NCBI GenBank assembly: GCA_964016885.1
Contig: OZ024740.1
Span: 214,086,001 to 214,150,000, forward strand
Direction of reading: 5' to 3'
DNA length: 64,000 bases
Source: Eledone cirrhosa
Lineage: Eukaryota
The position numbers and the translations under genes are program-made. The notes under the pieces were generated by a model. It did not search any database. It was not told the origin of the DNA and saw only the letters and a list, made by a program, of their open reading frames with translations. Positions 13,201 through 24,200 of this stretch are shown piece by piece; position 1 is the stretch's first letter; the number at the start of each line of letters is the position of its first letter.

Positions 13201-14756
13201 TTTTGTCGTTATTGTAGTTGCTGTTGTTGTTGTTGGTGGTGGTGGTGGTGTTATTGTTATTGGTGTTATTGTTCGTATGTGTGTGTGTGTGTGCGTGTGT
13301 ATGTATGTATGTGTGTGTATGTGCGTGTGTGTGATTTTGTATCTATTGTCGCTGCTGTTATTGTTGTTGTTGTTGTGGTGGTGGTGTTGTTGGTAAGTGG
13401 TGGTGATGGTGGTAAGTGGTGGTGGTGGTGGTGTTGTTGGTAAGTGGTGAAGGTGGTGATAATAAGTGGTGGTGGTGGTGGTGGTGGTGGTGGTAAGTGG
13501 TAGGTATGGGAAGCTAGGTCAATGTTCGGGAGTAAAGGCGTGGTGTTAATGGCGTTCGAGGTGAAGGAGTTGGAGGTTATTGTAATAGAGGTGGTGGTCC
13601 TGATCTTTACCGAAGTAGTGGGAGGTGAGAAGTAATATAGTGATAGTGACGGTGATTAGAAGTGATAGTGGCGGTGGTGGTGGTGGTAGTGGTGGCAGCG
13701 GTGGTGGTGGGGGTGTTGGCTGTTCTGTTAAGAACCTTTGAATCATGTCTTCTTTCAAAAATCGCTTCTAATTACATTTGTTATAACAAAAGCTCAGACC
13801 AAACGCAATTGTCTTCGTCTCTAGAACACAAAACAAATATCGACATCCATTATCCGTCACCAGTAAATAAACAAAGAATTTATCTTTGCAGGACTCTTGT
13901 CGATGTTTGTGTGTGAATGACCAGGCATCGGAGGAATTTGGTAGCCAAGACCGCGTTCAATGTGAAAAAACGAAAGAAAACAATACAATTAATTGAAACA
14001 TAACATCAGTGGAAAGTAAAGTGGGGACCCAAGAAAAAAACAAGCAAAGGAAATGATAGGGGAAGTTGGTAGAATGTAAAGAAGGGTTAGCTATTGATCT
14101 TAGAAAAATAAAATTAAGAAAAGCTAGGTTGTTTTAATAAATAGGGGATCTTCAATGACAGCCTGCAAGTGCGAGATTTAACAGAACAGTGTTGAGGGGA
14201 TAAGCTGCAGGTAAGGAGTTATACGAGTAATTTCGAAATCTGCAAAAGAATGAGGGTAGTGAAGCATAATCCTTAACAAGATTGTTTAATAGAAAGCTAG
14301 AAAAGCTGTATTTTTTGTTTGTTTCTCTATTTTCAATAGCAAATGTCTGTTGCTTTAATTAATCCCATCGTAATTACACCGAGAGAAGAGGTTCTATCAT
14401 TAAGGTTTCAGTCGTAATATATCTTCTGACATCAAACGACCAGGTCGAGGGTTTAGAGTAAAGTAAATCTGTAAACCAATCAAGGCTTACAATAGATAGG
14501 GGATCTTGATAGATAGAAATGAGGGTTACACAGACAGTTTAAAATTACAAATAAAGAAAATAATTCCTTAAAAACATAATTGCAAATTAGTCGAATATTT
14601 TGTAGCCTAAGGATACATCATGTTTTCTTGATGTTTTAGGGTGAACAATTTTAAAAATAGGGGTCAAAGAAATTTCCTAGTAAAGAAGTGGGCAGTTTGA
14701 AACATCTAGCGTAGATTTTAACATTTTAATTCTTTCAACTGTTTTCCTTGTTCCAG

Positions 14757-14846
14757 ATAGAAAAGGTGATAAGATCCGTCTTCTGATATGCTCAATCTCA
14801 GTTCCTTTCATGTCAAAAGTTTACTCTCTGATATATGATGGAAATG
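14757..14846 (+). other. Candidate 90-nt internal exon (phase 1-1: xRKGDKIRLLICSISVPFMSKVYSLIYDGN), product unknown
   Basis: Strong acceptor ttctttcaactgttttccttgttccAG and donor atg|GTGAGT; only one frame is open; no homology recognised. Confidence 0.35.
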
Positions 14847-14975
14847 GTGAGTCAGAGGTAGGAACTTTATATTTACCTAAACATTTGGTTTCAGACATTC
14901 TCGGCATTCGACACTAAAAAGTACCAATCATTTTCACCACAGATGAAGATGTATATATATATGTGTGAGTGTGTG

Positions 14976-15020
<45 letters not shown>

Positions 15021-15029
<9 letters not shown>

Positions 15030-15142
15030 GACGTCAAATAAGAAAATTTTAAAAATTAAAAATTAACTTACTTACAAATTTTAGTAAGTAAGTAAGTTAA
15101 TTTTTAATTTTTTAAATTTTCTTATTTTATGTCTTTCATATA
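15021..15142. repeat. Foldback: 55-bp inverted arms, 12-nt loop, abutting (TA)n
   Basis: Arms 15021-15075 and 15088-15142 with 3 mismatches. Confidence 0.9.
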
Positions 15143-15246
15143 ATTGTTCTGCATCCCCCTGCATTGAACCACCTCGGTACTTTGACATAACTTATATATT
15201 TACTAGTATTAGTGTACATCTGTACGCATATGTTGGTAGATGTATT

Positions 15247-15368
<122 letters not shown>

Positions 15369-15454
15369 ATGTGTGTGCATGTGTGTGTTAGAAAGAGTCG
15401 GGGACCGACGGTTGAGCTCTTGCCGTTTCGACAGCTATGTCAAAAGGGCAAGAG

Positions 15455-15491
<37 letters not shown>

Positions 15492-15551
15492 TATATATAA
15501 CATATATATATATATATGTATATGTATTATATAGATCTATATGTATATATA

Positions 15552-15610
<59 letters not shown>

Positions 15611-15616
<6 letters not shown>

Positions 15617-15803
15617 GTTTCTACTTTTGGCACAAGGCCAGCAATTATCCCAATGTATTACTGGTACTTTATTTTATCGACCCCGTAAGGATGAAAGGCA
15701 AAGTTAACCTCGGAGGGATTTGAACTCAAACCATAAAGGGCCATGACTCTTTGCGTCAAAGCATGGCGTCCGACCCTCTACCGATACTGCCAATCCACCG
15801 CCC
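15611..15803 (-). mobile_element. Full-length tRNA-derived SINE
   Basis: Minus strand: ggcggtggatTGGCAGTATCGG (A box) ... GAGTTCAAATCC (B box), central domain, and a tail ending in (TA)n. Confidence 0.9.
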
Positions 15804-15806
15804 TGA

Positions 15807-15980
15807 GTTTCTACTTTTGGCACAAGGCCAGCGATTACCCCAGTGCACCACTGGTACTTTATTTTATCGACCTCATAAGCATGAAAGGCAAAGTTAACCT
15901 CAGCGGATTTGAACTCAGAACACAAAGGGCCATAACTATGCTTCAATGCATGGTGTCTGACGCTCTACCGATACTGCCAA
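15807..15980 (-). mobile_element. tRNA-derived SINE, tandem to the previous copy
   Basis: Same boxes and core. Confidence 0.85.
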
Positions 15981-16080
15981 AATGCAGCTTCATATGCAAA
16001 TAACACCTCATTTACACAGACGAAAAAACTATATATTTTCGCCTGTTTTCAAAGTCCAGCAGTTGCAAGAGCGGGAGAGA

Positions 16081-16122
16081 TCGTCCTGACGAGTACCAGT
16101 TGAGTTCGAAATGCATCGACGA
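16081..16122 (+). ncRNA. Minimal type I hammerhead ribozyme motif
   Basis: tcgtc-CTGACGA-g..(imperfect stem II)..c-GAAA-tgca-TC-gacga; stem I tcgtc/gacga; palindromic stem III ATGCAT; AUC cleavage triplet. Confidence 0.7.
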
Positions 16123-16229
16123 TTGTCCCCCTTGCTTCTGCCGGGTGACGTTAGCTGCCACTGTTTTTCATAGCTATGGCTTTCTAAATGTTTATTTATA
16201 AACATACCGTATTTCTTTAGAAATACGAA

Positions 16230-16279
16230 ATTCAAATACATATCTGTATACAGCTATATTCGAAGATAAATCCTAATTC

Positions 16280-16351
<72 letters not shown>

Positions 16352-16406
16352 ATAATAGAATTAGGATTTAGCTTCAAATATAGCTGTATACAAATATGTA
16401 TTTGAA

Positions 16407-16407
<1 letters not shown>
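16230..16407. repeat. 59-bp inverted repeat pair enclosing (TA)n(TG)n
   Basis: Arms 16230-16288 and 16349-16407 with 3 mismatches. Confidence 0.9.
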
Positions 16408-16437
<30 letters not shown>

Positions 16438-16586
16438 TACTCTTTTACTCTTTTACCTACTCCAACCATCCGGCTGAGGCCATATATATATATCTATCTA
16501 CGTACTCTGATGTGTTGACCAGAGGTAAATAATGTATTGGAGATCGAGTGACGCAACTTCAAGGGATTAGCGAACTCTAGACTCAC

Positions 16587-16686
16587 CTGATCAACAAAAC
16601 AATTGTCAGTACTTTAAATAAAGCCCTTGTTGTACAGTCAACCATGTTACTCTTCATTCTTTAACTATTATTACTCCAAGTATAAC
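16587..16686 (-). other. Candidate first coding exon with a signal-peptide-like start (MKSNMVDCTTRALFKVLTIVLLI)
   Basis: Acceptor aatttctatgcAG, donor cag|GTGAGT, in-frame TAA just before the ATG; an upstream donor ctg|GTAAGT lies at 17291/17290. No convincing downstream exon found. Confidence 0.3.
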
Positions 16687-16828
16687 CTGCATAGAAATTA
16701 CCGCAAACTCGCTGCATAACTATAGAAACATCTTGTTGAGTCAAACAAAGCCGTACGTTAAAACTATCCACGACGCAGAGTACTCACAACCTCTAATTGG
16801 ATTACCTATAACGATAACTTGTTATCCC

Positions 16829-16865
<37 letters not shown>

Positions 16866-17760
16866 CGCGCATAATGGTCATGAAATTTAGGCTATCTTTA
16901 TATCAGACGGGAAATGTGTGCTTAAAATGTAAGCTTTTAAAATAGTTACTAGTAATCTATTTTAAGAATCAAAACTGATAAAAAACAAATATGATTGAAT
17001 ATAAAACTATTCTTTCCTAACTTCGATTACGAGGTAAGCAAGTGAAAAGCCGCCATTTGTATAGCGTTAAAAATCCTTCTTTTTTAAATTTTCCTACATT
17101 AGTTGGTAATATTCTGTTCAATAAAATAATTTACTAATTTTAACGGCATAGAAACGGAGAATTTTCTTAGTTTTACGATAACCAAATTTTGATTATTGGT
17201 TTATGCCAGTTCACTTCACCAACGTTTGTTAATGCTATTAAAAAACACAGGAATATTGCATTTTACTATTTACAATCTTCTAAAACTTACCAGGTTTTAG
17301 GAATATTTAAAAAAAGAAACAAACAATAGTTTTATCAATTATAAAAGAGTAAATTGTAACAAAACAAGAAATTACAGTTGAGGTGTTTTGTCGAGTGTTT
17401 AATTTAAGTGTTTAATTTTCGAGTTAAATGTTTAATGTTCGAAATATTAAAAATTATTTATTTGTCATGTAAAATAAAAAATGAAAGGAATTTTGAATTA
17501 GTAAAATAAACAACAATAATCGAGGAAATCAAAGAATATTTACATAAGTGCTGAAGTAAAACGAATGGTCTCTGGAATTATTTAATTATCAGCAGGAATA
17601 CAAATTCCTGTCAATCCAATTTCAGGAAAAACATGGAATTAATTTGGACGTTGCACCAATATAAACACCTAAATCATTCACATTCACACATACATATACA
17701 TATATATATACATACATACATATATACATACACACACACGCACACACACACACACACGCA

Positions 17761-17799
<39 letters not shown>

Positions 17800-17806
<7 letters not shown>

Positions 17807-20040
17807 TATATACATCTTCATATTCACACATACGTATACATACAAATATATACATCTTCACATTCACACATACTTATATTTACAGATATATGATGGCTGC
17901 TAACTCTGCTAAGAGTATTGCAATCGCTTGTCAGATTACAGAAAATGGTGCACTTTTAGGCTACCGCCACTCACACGAACCTATAACATATCTTGAACAA
18001 GCAATGTCTGTGCTTTGAACGTTTTTTTAAGTGGGGAAAGGCCTTTCACTCGACCAATCCCACTCTCTGAGCATTGAAAACACTACCCGAAAAGGAGAAC
18101 TGGTCAACATCATCGGATGCTTCCGAAGCCGCAGGGGTTTGTTTCAGAGTTTCCCTCTCTTAGAAAAGTGTTGTGACAACAACTGGAGGCCTTTCACTCC
18201 CAGATGGAAAAAAAAGAAGAGAATACTATTTGGATGACCGTTGACACTGCTGAGTTCCTTCGCCCGTTGCCGGGTCTTGGATTTCATCCCGCAGGGTGTC
18301 CACATATCACTCTCCTCCCCATGCAAGCTTGGTGGGGTTGCCGGTTTAGTCGCCGACGACCCGATCATGAGACAGGTTGTACTGGGTTACATGTTACCAG
18401 TAGCACTCGAGAGCGACCTGGCAGACAGATATATACATCTTCACATTCACACATACGTATATATACAAATATATACACCTTCACATTCACACATACGTAT
18501 ATATACAGATATATACCCCTTCACATTCACACATACGTATATATACAAATATATACACCTTCACATTCACACATACGTATATATACAAATATATACATCT
18601 TCACATTCACACATACGTATATATACAGATATATACATCTTCATATTCACACATACGTATATATACAGATATATACATCTTCACATTCACACATACGTAT
18701 ATATAGAGATATATACACCTTCACATTCACACATACGTATATATACAAATATATACACCTTCACATTCACACGTACGTATATATACAGATATATACATCT
18801 TCATATTCACACATACGTATATATAGAGATATATACACCTTCACATTCACACATACGTATATATACAAATATATACATCTTCATATTCACACATACGTAT
18901 ATATACAGATATATACATCTTCATATTCACACATACGTATATATAGAGATATATACACCTTCACATTCACACATACGTATATATACAAATATATACATCT
19001 TCATATTCACACATATGTATATATACAAATATATACATCTTCATATTCACACATACGTATATATACAAATATATACATCTTCATATTCACACATACGTAT
19101 ATATACAAATATATACCCCTTCATATTCACACATACTTATATTTACAAATATATACACATTCATATTCACACATACGTATATATACAAATATATACACCT
19201 TCATATTCACACATACTTATATTTACAAATATATACACATTCATATTCACACATACGTATATATACAAATATATACACCTTCATATTCACACATACGTAT
19301 ATATACAAACATATACACCTTCACATTTACACATACTTATATTTACAAATATATACCCCTTCACATTCACACATACGTATATATACAAATATATACATCT
19401 TCACATTCACACATACGTATATATACAGATATATACATCTTCATATTCACACATACGTATATATACAGATATATACATCTTCACATTCACACATACGTAT
19501 ATATACAAATATATACATCTTCACATTCACACATATGTATATATACAAATATATACACCTTCATATTCACACATATGTATATATACAAATATATACACCT
19601 TCACATTCACACATACGTATATACACAGATATATACACCTTCATATTCACACATACGTATATATACAAATATATACACCTTCACATTCACACGTACGTAT
19701 ATTTACAAATATATACACCTTCATATTCACACATATGTATATATACAAACATATACACCTTCATATTCACACATACGTATATATACAAATATATACATCT
19801 TCACATTCACACATACGTATATTTACAAATATATACACCTTCATATTCACACATATGTATATATACAAACATATACACCTTCATATTCACACATACGTAT
19901 ATACACAGATATATACACCTTCATATTCACACATACGTATATATACACAGATATACATCTTCACATTCACACATATGTATATATACAAATATATACACCT
20001 TCATATTCACACATACGTATATATACACAGATATATAGAT
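17800..20040. repeat. 40-bp minisatellite (ATATACATCTTCACATTCACACATACGTATATATACAAAT)n, about 42 copies, interrupted by the 533-bp insert
   Basis: Exact 40-bp register from 18425 to ~19940; source of the spurious 616-aa and 614-aa ORFs. Confidence 0.95.
17892..18424 (-). mobile_element. 533-bp insertion, probably a non-autonomous retroposon (RTE-related?)
   Basis: Interrupts the 40-bp minisatellite; acagatatat at 17882-17891 and 18425-18434; minus-strand gagagggaaactctgaaacaaacc recalls RTE 5' UTRs (from memory); strand is inferred. Confidence 0.5.
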
Positions 20041-20179
20041 CTTCAAATATTTAAAAATGACTATATACGGATAAAGATCCCATAGCTCCTTGTGGAGTCG
20101 TAGAGGTACCGTCATACGGCATGTCTAGGGTAAATTTAAACCTGGTGGAGCCCAACCCTCTCCAGGTCTGAACACAGTC

Positions 20180-20350
20180 GATTTTTTCTATAGTGGAAGA
20201 ATCGACCCCAGTACTAAACTGGTACTTTTTTTATCGACCTCGAAAGGCTGATGGACAAAGTTGAACCCGGGAGGATTTGAACTCACTTCCTTTGAATTCA
20301 ACATGTAAAAGACGATAACTAAATACCGCAACACATTTTGTCCGTCGTAC
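20180..20350 (-). mobile_element. Degenerate tRNA-derived SINE
   Basis: atcgaccccagtactaaactggtactttttt atcgacctcgaaaggctg...ggatttgaactc matches the family core with many changes. Confidence 0.7.
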
Positions 20351-20449
20351 TAACTATTGTGTTATCATCATCTTCTTCTTCTTCTTGTGAGGGTCGTGGA
20401 GGCAAAGTCCTCCTCCTCCTCCTTCTCCACCTCCTCATGCCAGAGTCAG

Positions 20450-20575
20450 CTATCCATTTCATCCTCTCAGGGTTCGATAAAATACCAGTTAAATACCAGG
20501 GTCAATTTAATTAACTTTTGCCTTTTCACACACACAATTGCTGGCCTTGTGCCTAAATTAGAAATAATTATTATA
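20450..20575 (+). mobile_element. 3' half of the same SINE family, plus orientation
   Basis: ttcatcctctcagggttcgataaaataccagt...aattgctggccttgtgcctaaattagaaataattatt. Confidence 0.75.
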
Positions 20576-21211
20576 TCTTCGAAAATACACAAAAACCAAC
20601 AAATCTGAAAATATTTACAAAATCTAAATAAAAGCTAAATAAATATAACAGGAAATAACTAAAAGAATATATATAAATACACACACAAAACACACTCACA
20701 CGCACGCACATATACATATACGCACACAGGTACACATACACTCACAGAGATACATACACAAACACACATACGCACATACACACACATGCACACACACAAG
20801 TACACATATACTCACAGAGATACATACGCAAACACATATACACACACATACACACATACGCACACACATATACATATGCTCATACAGGTACACACACACA
20901 CACAGACACATTGACAAACACACACACACATATGCGCGCACGCACACACACAGACACACAATCATAAACACACACACGCACTCAAAAACACACGTATCTA
21001 TACTCACACACAAACGCACACACACATAATCATAAAACACAAACACATACAAAGACAAATAAACATGCACACACACACACACATAATCATAAAACACACA
21101 CCTACACACACGCACACATATATATATAACCCACTAAAGAAGATTATGACTTCAGATGCAGTGTCAATGTGTGTTGATATTCGGAACGCTTTTAGCAAGT
21201 ATCGATATTTG

Positions 21212-24200
21212 CAACAAATATATAGTGGAAATTAAAGGAGTGATCTACTCAACAGTATATAGTGGAAATTAAAGGGGGGATCTAGTCAGCAGTATATAGT
21301 GGAAATTAAAGGAGTGATCTACTCAACAGTATATAGTGGAAATTAAAGGGGGGATCTACTCAACAGTATATAGTGGAAATTAAAGGGGGGATCTACTCAA
21401 CAGTATATAGTGGACATTAAAGGGGGGATCTACTCAACAGTATATAGTGGAAATTAAAGGAGTGATCTAGTCAACAGTATATAGTGGAAATTAAAGGGGG
21501 GATCTAGTCAACAGTATATAGTGGAAATTAAAGGGGGGATCTAATCAACAGTATATAGTGGAAATTAAAGAGGGGATCTAGTCAACAGTATATAGTGGAA
21601 GTTAAAGGGGTGATCTAGTCAACAGCATATAGTGGAAATTAAAGGGGTGATCTAGTCAACAGTATATAGTGGAAATTAAAGGGGGGATCTAGTCAACAGT
21701 ATATAGTGGAAATTAAAGGGGGGATCTAATCAACAGTATATAGTGGAAATTAAAGAGGGGATCTAGTCAACAGTATATAGTGGAAATTAAAGGAGTGATC
21801 TACTCAACAGTATATAGTGGAAATTAAAGGGGGGGATCTAGTCAACAGTATATAGTGGACATTAAAGGGGGGATCTAGTCAACAGTATATAGTGGAAATT
21901 AAAGGGGGATCTCGTCAACAGTATATAGTGGAAATTAAAGGGGGGATCTAGTCAACAGTATATAGTGGAAATTAAAGGGGGATCTAGTCAACAGTATATA
22001 GTGGAAATTAAAGGGGGGATCTAGTCATCCGTATATAGTGGAAATTAAAGGGGGGATCTAGTCAACAGCATATAGTGGAAATTAAAGGAGTGATCTAGTC
22101 AACAGTATATAGTGGAAATTAAAGGGGGGATCTAGTCAACAGTATATAGTGGAAATTAAAGGGGGGATCTAGTCAACAGTATATAGTGGAAATTAAAGGG
22201 GGGATCTAGTCAACAGTATATAGTGGAAGTTAAAGGGGTGATCTAGTCAACAGTATATAGTGGAAATTAAAGGGGGGATCTAGTCAACAGTATATAGTGG
22301 AAATTAAAGGAGTGATCTAATCAACAGTATATAGTGGAAATTAAAGGAGTGATCTAGTCAACAGTATATAGTGGAAATTAAAGGAGTGATCTAATCAACA
22401 GTATATAGTGGAAATTAAAGGAGTGATCTAGTCAACAGTATATAGTGGAAATTAAAGGAGTGATCTAATCAACAGTATATAGTGGAAATTAAAGGAGTGA
22501 TCTAATCAACAGTATATAGTGGAAATTAAAGGAGTGATCTAGTCAACAGTATATAGTGGAAATTAAAGGAGTGATCTAATCAACAGTATATAGTGGAAAT
22601 TAAAGGAGTGATCTAGTCAACAGTATATAGTGGAAATTAAAGGAGTGATCTAATCAACAGTATATAGTGGAAATTAAAGGAGTGATCTAATCAACAGTAT
22701 ATAGTGGAAATTAAAGGAGTGATCTAGTCAACAGTATATAGTGGAAATTAAAGGAGTGATCTAATCAACAGTATATAGTGGAAATTAAAGGAGTGATCTA
22801 GTCAACAGTATATAGTGGAAATTAAAGGAGTGATCTAATCAACAGTATATAGTGGAAATTAAAGGAGTGATCTAATCAACAGTATATAGTGGAAATTAAA
22901 GGAGTGATCTAGTCAACAGTATATAGTGGAAATTAAAGGAGTGATCTAGTCAACAGTATATAGTGGAAATTAAAGGAGTGATCTAATCAACAGTATATAG
23001 TGGAAATTAAAGGAGTGATCTAGTCAACAGTATATAGTGGAAATTAAAGGAGTGATCTAATCAACAGTATATAGTGGAAATTAAAGGGGGGATCTAGTCA
23101 ACAGTATATAGTGGAAATTAAAGGAGTGATCTAGTCAACAGTATATAGTGGAAATTAAAGGAGTGATCTAATCAACAGTATATAGTGGAAATTAAAGGGG
23201 GGATCTAGTCAACAGTATATAGTGGAAATTAAAGGAGTGATCTAGTCAACAGTATATAGTGGAAATTAAAGGGGGGATCTAGTCAACAGTATAGAGTGGA
23301 AATTAAAGGGGTGATCTAGTCAACAGTATATAGTGGAAATTAAAGGAGTGATCTAGTCAACAGTATATAGTGGAAATTAAAGGGGTGATCTAGTCAACAG
23401 TATATTGTGGAAATTAAAGGGGGGATCTACTCAACAGTATATAGTGGAAATTAAAGGGGTGATCTAGTCAACAGTATATAGTGGAAATTAAAGGGGGGAT
23501 CTAGTCAACAGTATATAGTGGAAATTAAAGGGGGGATCTAGTCAACAGTATATAGTGGAAATTAAAGGGGGGATCTAGTCAACAGTATATAGTGGAAATT
23601 AAAGGGGGGATCTACTCAACAGTATATAGTGGAAATTAAAGGGGGGGTCTAGTCAACAGTATATAGTGGAAATTAAAGGGGTGATCTAGTCAACAGTATA
23701 TAGTGGAAATTAAAGGGGGGATCTAGTCAACAGTATATAGTGGAAATTAAAGGGGGGATCTACTCAACAGTATATAGTGGAAATTAAAGGGGGGGTCTAG
23801 TCAACAGTATATAGTGGAAATTAAAGGGGTGATCTAGTCAACAGTATATAGTGGAAATTAAAGGGGGGATCTAGTCAACTGTATATAGTGGAAATTAAAG
23901 GAGTGATCTAGTCAACAGTATATAGTGGAAATTAAAGGAGTGATCTAGTCAACAGTATATAGTGGAAATTAAAGGGGTGATCTAGTCAACAGTATATAGT
24001 GGAAATTAAAGGGGGGATCTACTCAACAGTATATAGTGGAAATTAAAGGGGGGGTCTAGCCAACAGTATATAGTGGAAATTAAAGGGGGGATCTAGTCAA
24101 CAGTATATAGTGGAAATTAAAGGAGTGATCTAGTCAACAGTATATAGTGGAAATTAAAGGAGTGATCTAGTCAACAGTATATAGTGGAAATTAAAGGGGG

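Noticed and set aside
15700-15803. Possible tRNA gene (A and B boxes)
   Set aside because: No cloverleaf or acceptor stem evident; it is the head of a multi-copy SINE.
18204-20085. 616-aa and 614-aa ORFs
   Set aside because: Read-through of the 40-bp minisatellite; the unit is not a multiple of 3 and all plus frames give the same permuted peptide.
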